A DNA stretch of 48,623 nucleotides, counting the filler, from Catajapyx aquilonaris (taxonomy: Eukaryota): NCBI GenBank assembly GCA_000934665.2. It is 2 parts of 2 records of this genome, joined end to end, with 100 filler letters (N's around TTAATTAATTAA, not from the genome) between each part and the next. Parts side by side here need not be neighbours in the genome. Positions count along the whole stretch, not along the records: positions 1 to 24,178 come from JYFJ02005557.1; positions 24,279 to 48,623 come from JYFJ02005558.1. One strand, given 5' to 3'. The translations under genes and the position numbers were made by a program. The notes beneath the pieces were generated by a model. The model did no database searches. It was not told the origin of the DNA and was given only the letters and a program-made list of their open reading frames with translations. Below, one piece after another: positions 20,294 to 32,600 of the stretch. Position 1 is the stretch's first letter; every line of letters begins with the position of its first letter.

Positions 20294-23200
20294 GAATAAT
20301 GGCATCTGGAAAATATTAAAGCAAGAAATACATACACAGATTATTTTTACATGTACATAACATCTACTTCCAGGAGCTTCCTGTTCTTGTGATTACCTAG
20401 TTTATTCAGCAAAAGTTAAAGTTTCAAGGTTTATTTACATTCATGTTCAAATGCAAAGCTGTGCAAATATAATTATAGCTTTTCATTCTTCATGTGAAGG
20501 TACTTGACACATTAAATAATGTTCTGATAAATAGACTACATTTATTTTATTAATGCAGAACATCACGTCATATTTAAGTCAATATGTTAACTCATTCTAT
20601 TTGATGGTGTTTTTGCTACTTTTTCGTCCACAACTTTTCAAATCTTCCAGCCAAAACCTTGTGTAACATATGCCAAAAGACCTATAAGCAGATAGATATC
20701 TGTCCTATCTCCCACTGATAAATTAATGACCTTGCATTTCAACCTAGTAAAAGCACGAGTGATTGCAATACACAGCTTTTCATTGTAATTTTTTCTGGCC
20801 AGAGTACAGTGTTTTGGTTTTCCTCGATTTGTAATAGCATAATTCCCTGTGTAGAACACTCATCCATATCAACAGCGGGTGAAGTATACATTTCTGTGCC
20901 TACTACAAATTTGAGAAGGTTCGTTTGATTCTTCTGTTATAGGCAGCACATGATAACTTCCAAATGATGTCATTATTTTTTTTCACCAATTCCTAGTCAA
21001 CTTAAATATGCTGAACACAATTGGGTGGGTGGACCTTTAACATTTATTTCCTTGCTCACCTATGTCGGCACAGGTGAATTTTTTTTTGTGTACAACATGG
21101 TAAGCGCTGCCGTAATGGCATAATGTGATTGAAAGTCTCATTTTTATAACACGTGTTACCGTACCTTAAATATTCATTAATGAAATTTTTGGAATTGCGG
21201 CTAAGTTCATCCTGGCGGCCAACGTCACCCCGTTTGATGGTATTGACAGTAATTTACTCCAAATTTCGTTTTGATAATAATTTTTAATTATATTCTTCCC
21301 ACATTTTCTGTGCTTCAAACCAGATGCTAGTATCATACTCACTTGACGTGGCATGGCTTCGTCCCTCATCTCGGAGACAATCTATTTCTAGTTAGGGTGG
21401 ACAACCAATCTGTGCTGTATGTCCTCACTAAGCCATGAAAATTAACAAAACTTCAGGGGGATGCAACATATCACTATGATCATGCTCCCCCTGCAGCAAC
21501 TGATACAGTCACGGAATGACAGCCTGGATTTTCCACCGACTCATGCGGCACTTTCGTGTCAAAATATCTGAACATGCTAACTGCACTTGCTTTTGCTGCA
21601 TTACTTTTCCTACATGTCTGTTGACGATGGCTCAAAATTCCTACCTATTCCATCCTACTGTATTTCGTTCTTTTCTGCCCATACGTATAATAGAGGGTAA
21701 TTCCACACCGGAAGAGTCATTAGCCAAAAATTAATCGCGCATTGTAAGGTGGCTATGCCTTATTGAAATCAGATCATTATGTCATTTTGTCTGATGAAGA
21801 AGGCGTAGCAATGTTCTGCTACCAGATAGCAGCAGAGCCACGGAATAGTCGAGATATAATAGTCGTAACTGACGCAACTTCGCAAGGTTTGTTGTCAGTT
21901 ACGTTAATCCTAATTTCTCCTGAAAATATGAATATTAACATGCGTGATCTAATAGATTGCATATCAGTTATAATATTACTTCTAAACACATTCATCTCAC
22001 AGGATTTCATTACATTACATGTCCTATTCATGTTACATCAGTTACATCACATTAATACTTTACAGAGTCCATTCAAGTTACTGTTGCGAAATTATAAAAA
22101 TATGGCAATAAGCTCCTACAAGGCGGCCGCATGAGAATAATTTTAAATTCCCTTTCCATTAACATTTGCCATCGCAATAAATATAAATACAGCATGAATC
22201 CTGTCCACGGGATGCGTCAGTTACGGTGGAATTGCCATAGACACAGTCCCTGGTAATGTGTGAGGGAGTTCGATGAGAACTTGATGTGGTCATAATATCT
22301 CACGAAACAAGCTAAGTCAGAACCCAAACTTCGGAAAATCCAAAATAATGCAAAGTAACAACCTCTCCGTGTCATGCCGATGTCGGCATCTCCTCCTGAA
22401 GCGCGTCCTGAAGCGTATCCCTGAAGAAACAGTCAAGCCCCGATCGCACTACGTTTCCTTTTTCCACAACTCTTCGCGCCATCTTGGAATCTTGGATTTC
22501 ATCTGTTTTCTTTTTCCCGCCGATCGGCAGCCGAATGAATCTACGTTATCATTTAATAAATCATTTGAATATATTCCCCATCTCACATTTTTACCGCAGC
22601 CATGTTTCACTCTCAAGTTATTATACTTTGTAATTCTCTGGAAATTGAAGCAAACTTCGATTGGCAACACTCATTGTTTTGGCAACCCTTATTTCAAAAT
22701 GGTGGGTGGATGCATTCCCCAAATGTGCTGCAATCTATTTTAATTTTTGCGTATTTCCGATGGGGTTTGCTGGGAGCAAGTGCGGAGGCATCTAACATGG
22801 GTGTGTGGGATGTTGTGGATCTTGGCCAGCAGCACCAAGTGTTTCTGGATCATTTGAAGTGGTGCACTGTATTACCCAAAATGATAAACCAAAAAATGTC
22901 AGTGGTATTATGTCGTTTCAGCACGTGCAAGTTTACTGTGCATTGGTGCAGCTGAATACAACAGACATAGTTGTGTAGCAATATCGAGGCATGAATGCAT
23001 GTGTATAATTATGGGCTTGTATTTCAGATGTATATACAGTAGCCCACATAGTATCGATAGTATGTATTTTTTAAAAGTTATGTCTGTATACCATTTTGAC
23101 GATGACTAGAGCGGCAGTGGCATACCTTTAGCAGCGTACATTACAGTGGCATACTCTTTATTAAGTTTGTGTGTCGTCTTGTCTTCACAGAAATTAATGA

Positions 23201-23361
23201 AGCATACCCAACTAGCCAACATAATCCAATGCTACTAGAACTTGGTGGTGATTACCGGTACCAAGCTCTTGCCGGTACTAATGTGTGGGATAATATGAGC
23301 AGATGTCCAGAGAACTGCAACAAGTGGTAGTGATAAGGGTCAGCAGACATAACTCCTAAAT

Positions 23362-23902
23362 ATGGCTTCCAGCATCACCATGGAAATGAGGCCAATATCA
23401 CCACACCAGGATGAGAGTGATGATTGCGAGGATCCACCTCCCTCAGCAGACCTTATTCAGAAGCCCAAGGCAAGGGGTGGAAAAACTAGATATCTTGGCC
23501 TGGTTTTTGCCATACTCTCTGGCTTACTCTCTACGCTTCAGTCTGCTAGTGTTAAGAAAGTTCATGGTGTCAGCACATTCCAGATAGGTACCTATCGATA
23601 TATTGGTATGCTCCTTCCAACTCTGCCCATGCTTATATTTAAAGTTGAAACCCCTGCATCTGAGCATGTACTTCCTAAAGGAAAGATACCACTTCTGGTC
23701 CTTCGTGGTGCAATCAGCTCCATAAGCCTCATGTTCAAGTACTATGCATTTAAGAACTTGCCCTTGTCTGATGCATCAGTCATAGTGTTCAGTGCACCAA
23801 TATTTGTAGTTGTGCTTGCTCGGATATTTCTTAAAGAAATGTGTGGTTTGGTTAACTTAATCTGTATCATTGTCACCACTGCAGGATTAATCTTAATTGC
23901 CA
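23362..23902 (+). CDS. SLC35G1: SLC35G1-like transporter, paralog 6, N-terminal half only
   Basis: RYLGLVFAIL, VLPKGK, YYAFKNLPLSDASVIVFSAPIF, through TTAGLILIA; homology ends about 23902 and unrelated sequence runs to the gap. Probable 5'-UTR acceptor TTGTCTTCACAG ending 23190. Intact versus disrupted status unknown. Confidence 0.8.
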
Positions 23903-24178
23903 TGGTTACGCCTGGGACCTGCTGCGAGTGCCTGACCTTCGCTCCAGTTATTTTCCTTTTTGGTCGAGAAGAGATGATCGGGAGAACCGCAAGTCATACT
24001 AATTTAAGTTCAGTTTCTCTCCTAGATTCTGGGAATGTTCGAAGTTTGGGGGTAGGTGGGGTGGGTAGTAAGAAAAGACTAAAAAAACTCCGAGGTTCGA
24101 CTTTCCATTGTTAATGTAAGAGGGATTCATAATAAGTGTGATATTGTTAGGAAAGCATTTGTTGATGCTCGTTTAGAT

Positions 24179-24278
24179 NNNNNNNNNNNNNNNNNNNNNN
24201 NNNNNNNNNNNNNNNNNNNNNNTTAATTAATTAANNNNNNNNNNNNNNNNNNNNNNNNNNNNNNNNNNNNNNNNNNNN
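24179..24278. other. artificial 100-bp contig spacer
   Basis: 44 N + TTAATTAATTAA (24223-24234; stop codons in all six frames) + 44 N. Confidence 0.95.
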
Positions 24279-27200
24279 TTTACGAGTAATGTGTTTGGCT
24301 TTCAAGCATCCGTACCAGTTTTGCGGAGAGGAAATTGTGCGAATTGTGTTGGGAATACCGGAGCAGAATCCCCCCCTTTATGGAATTCCCAACCGTGTCC
24401 AGGCAGAAAATCTCCCTTTTGCAGGATAAAGTATCTTATCGCGTGCAAGGGTCAACTTGGGAACTGCAGCGGCACACAATTCTCCAAGAGAAATGTTTTG
24501 TCACATTCCATTTCGGTGTGCGTGTTTCCAGAATTCCTGCTTTACTATCCCTGTAGTTCTGAACGAGATGTCCTTGCACTGTATAGGTGTGTGCTGTACT
24601 GTTTAAGTAAGATGCTGTTTAAACTTTAATTTTAGTGCGAATTTAAAAGTATGCGTCAGATAATAATTCTTGCACCGTCCTTTGGGTGTCCTTTGCATCT
24701 TAAAAATGTGCGCAGAATGGTAAAAAGTGCTGCATTCGACACCGCCAGAAGGAGCGACTTGTCCCTAGTGTCCCATCCGTTTACTAATCGCAAAGTACAG
24801 CACCAAGTCTAACCCTGAGAGTCCATACATCAACCCTAAGACGCCCTCTGGCACAATTTAATATTCTGGCCTAGTTGTTCGTTAAGGTTCACCGAAATTA
24901 GTGCCAATCGGCCCCGTGCACTGTGTTATGCAACACAAGCAAGCTCGTATAGTGTATTGCACGTCCTAATTACATCATTGGAAGTAGTAGGCTGGAGGAA
25001 GGCAGTTAGAGCGTCTTATCAATCGCGAGGGAGATAATGAGATGATATGGATGGTGCGCTTTCATCAGCGTTAACCTGGAATCGGGAAAGGATCCAATCA
25101 GCTTAATGACCCACACACGATCCGAGAGACGTCCAAGGATGACTAGTCTACAACTGGTTGATATAGAGATGATATTAACTGACACGGACCAAGATGTTCC
25201 TGCCCACTTATCCCGCAATCTGTTGGCTCCACAGTCTAATCCCTGGGTACACTTCTGGATTTACTCCTCTATATTAATACTCTCTGGAGAAGTCCTTTGG
25301 GGTTATCGCAATGATACGAGAATTTTTGTGGGACAGAATTTTAAAATAATATTTACACATATTTCTATCAAAACACTGTCCTTTGCTTCCGAAATTGCGC
25401 AGTAAGACACAGTCCACCCTTTGATACACTACCGAACTTCCTATTATAAACTAATAAGGTCTTCTACGTTCTCCTTTTGGTTTGTCTCAAAGATATAGTA
25501 CCGCTTCTAGTCTCGACCTGTCAGAGTCGGAAGGTGTCTCATTTGAAGCCCTACAAATTTGGACTGACTTTTCAGCGGATTTGGTATTTTTGTGTCTCCG
25601 AAGAAATGCTGGAGTGACTCTAAGGAATGCCAACAAAGTTTTTCAGGCTCCTTTTTTACCAAATATGAGGAGATGGGTTGTGATGAGCTTATTGGATGTA
25701 AGGGAGAGAGCTGGGACACTTTTTTGATCTTGTCTGAGGAGATCAGGCACACGTGGTTTGGTAGCAGAGGAAATGTTCATTTTTCTTGGGCGTCTTACTG
25801 TATATTGACGTTTCCGGTGTTTACACTCATCCTGTTCTGGAACTGGAACTCGTAAGTGACGGAGTTGCATGTATTTAGTTTATAAATCATCTGAAGCTAA
25901 AATATACACCGCCGCATTTTAAGCACGTTGAATTGACGTAGTTATGTTTAATAATATTTCCTCTTTAACAAAAATATTGGCAGACAGTGAATTTTTTGAA
26001 CAATTTTTTATTGGAAAATCATATGGAGGATGGAATTCTAAGTGTGCTTCTCATTGTCTTAAAGACAGGCTTTGACTTTCTCGGTGGAATCTGTAATAAC
26101 AGAAGAAAGTGGAAGGATAAAAGAACACTGTTATCATGGAAAGCCTGTGTTGTCAGCACCAGATCACAGATAACATTTCTGGAAGGGCAAGGAAGGTATC
26201 ATAACCCACATGTCACATTCATGTCTGACGAATAAGAGCAAACTATTTTTAGTCTTCTCCGTTTAAAAGTGTTGCAGTAAATATATAGCCTTTCGTCTGT
26301 GATAAACATTTTTATGTCCCAGAAATAACTTTCTAACCGGAGACAGTAATGTGTATTTTGAATGCCAAATATTCTTGAACAAGATTAGAGAGTTGATTAC
26401 ATTTGTGATTCCAGTACAATTATGCCATAATTCTAGGATTTTATTGTTTTTCATTCTCACATCTCACATAATATACGGTATAATCCGTATCTGTTTTCAT
26501 ATCCAATGGGAGTAGCTAATTATTCATTACACTTGGAGTATAACTTCATTTTTGCCTTTACATACTTACCACTAATGCACAGGCATTTAAAATCCTGCAG
26601 CAATAACAGTGGGCTAATACAACTGACAGTAATTTATTTATATCATGACTGGTAATAAGAAACAGTGGTGTCGTGTCAATGGGCAGTGTGCAGCTAAACA
26701 CTAAATGATGTTTCATTACAATATAATTGTGCACCATTTGAAGTACGAGGCAACTTCCATGTTAGCCTAATGCGCTTCAGTATTGATTTGTCACCTGCTG
26801 ATTCCACGGTTCAAAAAAATTGGAGTGGCGGTTTGTTGTGCGAATAATGATATGCACTGTATTAACTGCATTATTGGAGAGTTCTGTTTGGCAAATGTTG
26901 GTACCCTTACCATTAACAAGCTTGCAACTGAACTATTACTGAATATGCAACACAAATTAAATAATGTTGGAGGTGTATACATTATATGGTATCCTAAAGT
27001 TACATTAATGTCAACCAGCACAACCAGCAGTATAAAAACGTGCTGCTTTTGACCAGCCTAAACCCATTGAGGGCTGTCCACAGACTGGAACGTCCACTCC
27101 CGCGGTATCATATCACTCCAGCAATTAGCAAGTTAAATGCCTATCATTCCGAGGCATAACCGCAGAATATGTGCATTATGCATACGGGCTTCTGACAGAC

Positions 27201-29618
27201 CCGTATAGAAACTAAATGGCGTGTGCAATGGACATCTTCCGGTCTCCATAGAATCCCCCTCACTGTACTGTACTCGCTCAGATTTGAATTATGATGAACA
27301 CGACAAGTCCAATAACACGAATATCCGGTCGTTTGCCAAAAAGCGATGCCATGTATATTTCGCGGTTCTGGCATTATATTTGACATTCGCAATGTCGGAA
27401 GCGCATTGACAGGACGGAATAACTGATGGGCCTAGAGTTTGAGAATAACAAATGAGCAAAGGAAAAAAGTGAGCGGTTGAGGCTTAAACCCGGAGCGGAT
27501 TTCGCCAGCACGTAGGACCATCCTTCTCTCTGGAAAGTTTTAATCAACCGAGGTGGGGATAATGGCCTCCGTCTCTATTAGTCTCTGTAGGACCATCAGT
27601 TCTTGGGAAAAAGAGAACATGCTTCTTCGCTCTGGAGTTTTCGAATAATAGGATGCTGATTGATCTGATCCCTCTGCAGACCAACAATTTATAATAAGGT
27701 TTTGTTACAATCATAGATAGTTCTACTGCAGACTTACAGTACAATACATATTTCTGTATTATTCTTTCATCCTTACTCATATGAGACTCTCATATTATGA
27801 GCCGCTCTTTATCACTGTATGACATAATTAAAAGGCGTAACTTTCTGCCAACATGTTACATCAAATCCTGCGATATTAAAAGCCTTCGTTTGATTTGAAT
27901 AGCTGCTTTATACACTTTTGGTTCCTGTTGGAATGCGTGTAATTAAATCGCCCCTGGCACTCCGTTGTGCAACTGTATGTCTCCTCCGTATTGCCATCTC
28001 GGCAGCCAACTTTCCATTCTAATTTGTACAAGTAATAAAAGGGGAGCAATAAGGGGCCAGCCCATTATTAATACGTGCACAGTTTCACTATTACGGCTGC
28101 ATTATTCGCCATCGCACTGCGGGATTTTCCGGATTAGACATCCAGATCAGATTACACTTCCTGAATTCCACGAGTAAGGGATAAACACCATCTTGTGTGG
28201 TAATTCCACTTTACGATCCGATTGAGCACAACAGTGGGAATTGCGTTTTGAATTGAGTGTCTTACATTGTGCATTTGATTGCACAATACTGTGACCTACA
28301 GTCTGCGACGATTAATTCTGCGGAGGTGCAATCTGAAACCAGCAGCTTCTATAGGGTCTCTTAATTATTATTAAAATATTTTGAGCATATACTGTACTTC
28401 TAAAATTTTCTTGCAAAAATTTGTCTAAAAAAATCTATTGACATCAGCAGATTTAAAAGGAACATTTCAGGCCCATTATTGGAAAGCTTGGTTGTCTCTT
28501 TTGACATAAAAAGGGGCATTAACTGGGTCGTTGTCCTCAACTCGTTATTTCCGTTCCATATTTCTTTTTTTTTTCGTTGTTGTATCCGTGAAATAGCGTC
28601 GGCGCCTTGTGAGCAATAATTATTGCTGACACTCGGTGGATAATTGCTGCGATTAAACGGCGCGTTCGTCTTTGTCTGGCTTGGATGGCGGACACAAAAG
28701 TGGGGACCGAGAATTATCCGGAAGCCGCTTTGCTTTGTTCGGACTCACCGACGATGCCAGCCACCGGGTGTCTCAGAAAATGTCCCGACTTCCCAGGCAA
28801 TACTGTACACTATCAGGATGGCTACTCACCTGTTGTTTTGACACACCTTGTGTTTTGCAATATGTCTTGAGATGACCCGGGTCGGAATTGGGTACTTCAT
28901 TATACCTCGGCCTGCTTTACATGTTGCCCGTGTTTATTGCGCCAGACACAATCTTGTAGTGTTGCGCATAACAACCTTTTTGGCTCACTCTGCGATAACA
29001 TTTGGGTGGGCCATATTCAAGCTGTTGATGGCTCTCGGTTTTGGGCTATTTCAGGACCGGCCGTATTCATTGTCAAGGCTGTACTTTGTGTGCTAAGCCT
29101 AATGCGTGATTTGGTTGTGTTTTTACACCCGCTTAATTAACGGCGGGTTGACCATTAACCTTAAAGGCGAGCTGCCACCACAATGGTGTTGCAGTCAACA
29201 ATGCGGGAGCTGAAGTAAATATTGACTTATTTGGCCTGATTTTACAGTGCTTAGGACTGAAATGGCTGACTAGAAGCGTTCGTTTGCAATTTCATTTTTG
29301 CGATACATTTCAATGGTTTGGCATATTTGCCAGGCTGCTGCTTCATTCCGCCTTTATGTGAGTAGCTCATTGAACGTTATTTTTCAAAAGCGGGGGAATA
29401 TGACGAGATTTATTTGTGAGTTTTGCGGGGGGAAATATATTGTTACCCGGTTGAAAAGTGGCTCTGGAACGCTTTGATGGAACTTTTTAAAAAGTTTTAA
29501 ATTTTTATTATCAGTCCCTCTTTGTTGCGATAAAATTTTCAGATACAAAGTGCGCCGCTACATGCTGCCATTATCTTCCGTACACAACAGAAGATGCATT
29601 AAATTATTCTCATTTCAG

Positions 29619-32600
29619 ACTGAGCAACTGACGTTCCTATGGATTCTCTTCGCCATGATCGTGATGGGCAATTCGGCAGTGCTTTTAGCCCTGGGTCTAT
29701 CCAAGGGGCGAAAATCCAGGATGTCCTTCTTCATCATGCAGCTAGCTTTGGCAGGTATGTTTCAATTGCGACAAGCTGTGATATTTTGAGCAGAGTAGTC
29801 AAAGGGAGGCTGCCGAATAGATGTTGGTGTCCATGGATTTGTGGCAGCGGTTTCGTATAAGCTGTTGGTCATTGCGACGACCACTCAGTTTGGTTGAGAC
29901 TATAAATAAGCAGATTAATAAGCTAAAGCGGCTAGCACTGAATAGCGACGCGAGCAATGATATAGTTCAAAAGGTCAACCCGATCCATTCACCCTGGTCT
30001 CCCTCAAATGTCTCCAGGGATATTGCTGCTTGAAGCATATCTTAGGTTTCTATGGGTTCGCGGAGACCGACTATTCATGTCCTTTGAAGTGCATTTCAAT
30101 GACAGCAGCAGCATTGCTTTTATGTTCTGAATGCTATTTTAGCTCCAACCCTTTTCAGACCTCTCCGTTGGACTCGTCAATGTGCTGACGGACATAGTAT
30201 GGAAAATGACTGTTTCTTGGAACGCAGGGAACGTGGCCTGCAAGATCATCCGATTTTTGCAGGTACACTCACCCCTGGCTATGACGCTTGTTTTTTTTTA
30301 TTCTCATTCTGTGGGGGTGGTTGGGTGTCGAGTGGGTCTGCCCACTTGTTTGTGTGTGGGGGTGACTAATGGCCTGAAGCGACTTTGGAATGGATGGGTC
30401 TCCCCGAGGCCCGCACTGTCGCCCATTGTTCGACCTCTTTCAGGTGACCATTGTTCAAAAGACTCGGGCCAGATAAAAGGGATCCAATTTCTCATCCCAC
30501 CCATACAATCTCCTTGCATGTTGTCGCCCAAGTCCGGGTTTTAAATATGGGCCTGATTCTTAATTTGAATTCCAAGCTCGACACTTAATTGCGGCGACCC
30601 GGTTTCTATACTTAAATGCCACAAGCAACTGGGCATGACTTTGATTAATTGCTGGTACGCTAATGTTTCGATATAGGTGGTGGTGACCTACTCTTCGACC
30701 TACGTGTTGGTGGCCCTCAGCATCGACCGATACGATGCCATCACACACCCCATGAACTTCTCCGGAAGTTGTGAGTTACGTTTCTATCTTACATACATAT
30801 AGGCATACCATTTACTCATATTTTGTGGTTCCACCTTCGCAGCCATCCAAATTCGGTCCCCTCCGAGTCATTGTTCCGGAAACTCGATAAGCGTCAGGGT
30901 AGTCTAAAGCCTCCTAAAGCAGGGTACATTGTGTAAGGATCCACTACCCGGCTCTACGCAAACCAGCACCCGGAGGCTTACAGAGGCATTATTTCAAAAC
31001 TAGCAACTAAAATGTAATGCGCACTGCATTCTGGCAACAATGCAATGGGTATAATCTTGCCCGTTAATTAAAACCTCGGGGGTAAAAATTTCAATGGTAG
31101 GGTAACCAAAGGCAGGTGCTGTATACGAGATTGAATGATTAATGTAGAGGGAAATGACCTCCGAAGCTGTAAATCAGAGGGTCTGGACCGCTCCAAATTA
31201 ATTACACCGATTATTATCAAAGTCAACTGATGTCAATTTATTGGCTGCGGAGGGGGCAAATAGAACTGGCGTGTGCTGGTCCAGCTGAAATGATAGCTAT
31301 AGTCCTTAATGTCACCGATTACTGCACCATATTGTTCTGTAGAGAGTTGGAGACGTTGATTGGTATTTTCTCTGCAGGGAAAAGGGCGCGGATTCTTGTG
31401 GCCAGCGCCTGGCTCATAAGCATCCTATTCTCCACTCCCATTTTGATTTTCTACGAAGAGGCAGAGATACAAGGTGAGTTTAATGCCGTTTAAAATTAGG
31501 CTGGACTTTAAAATCGACTGGATGCCATTTAAAAAATTCTATTCACTATACTATCCCAGATAATATTCTTTTTACTATAGTAATAATCTGTATGTAGGGG
31601 CATAAAATCGGCAGCTTGGAGCCGCATTATAAAAACTTTCTGCGCGTAAAATTTTGCAATTAAATTTTAAAGCAACGGTGACTGGTCGTTTTGAAAGTCA
31701 GAATAAAAGCCGAGCACTCGGCTCTTGTTTATGAAATGCAAAAGTGGTCAGGGCTTGTTTCGGTATAAAAATCTATGAAGTGCTAGTTTAACTAGACAAT
31801 GGCCATAGTTTTATTATCACTCACGAGTAAGTACACATTAAAGGTGGATGAATGCTTTCAAAATTCAGTGGAGTGGTTGCTGCATACCACTGCAGCAATG
31901 CCTGTATGACGTGCTTGTGATATATCGTTAAAATAGTTATTGAGGACATCGGTGCATTCTTGATGACATAAACAAGGTCAGCCAGCGTCGAGACCTTTAT
32001 ATGCAAATTATTTGCGCGACTTCTCCGAATTATTCAATTTTAAAGATATTGGGGACGAAAAGAATCGGAGCGAAAAGTTTATGTAATGGTGCAGAATTAT
32101 CAGATTAATTTTCTTCAATTTACAGGTCAAATGCAGTGCTGGATAGAATTTAAGGAGCAGTGGAAGTGGCAGGTCTACATGACCACTGTGGCATTGGCCC
32201 TCTTCTTCATGCCGGCCATCATCATCATGGCCTGCTACACACTCATCGTATTCACCATATGGAGCAAGAGCAAGCTCCTGACTCCCAGCACGGGGAAAAC
32301 ATCTCGCCAGAAGAAAAGTGAGTATGTCCTGGTGGTATAAACACACCTGTCATTACACTAATGCCTTTTTTGTGTCAGATGGAGATCACAGGAGTGCCAG
32401 CAACTCAGAGGAGCAGGATTCCAGAAGGGCCAGTTCACGGGGGCTGATCCCAAAGGCTAAGATTAAGACAGTGAAGATGACATTTGTCATCGTGTTTGGT
32501 AAGGTTTCCGATTCATTTCAACCTGGCCGATTTCATCAATGCGGTATTTTGTATCGGCAGTGTTTATCTTGTGCTGGAGTCCGTACATTGTCTTCGACCT

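Noticed and set aside
4316..20337. Recurrent minus-strand ORFs with a shared DTGPASSH-like motif (e.g. 4985-5485, 7119-7382, 11327-11716, 19996-20337)
   Set aside because: Antisense shadows of the conserved SLC35G codons (EEAGPVSI); no independent coding evidence.
23903..24114. Novel C-terminus for paralog 6 (ORF 23362-24114)
   Set aside because: No family homology after ~23902; most simply read-through into inserted or intronic DNA.
24223..24234. TTAATTAATTAA as a biological site (piggyBac TTAA, homeodomain site)
   Set aside because: Centred in a symmetric N run; an assembly linker.
27221..27409. ORF with an NNT sequon as CCAP-R exon 1
   Set aside because: Non-ATG start, no suitable phase-0 donor found, no similarity to known receptor N-termini.
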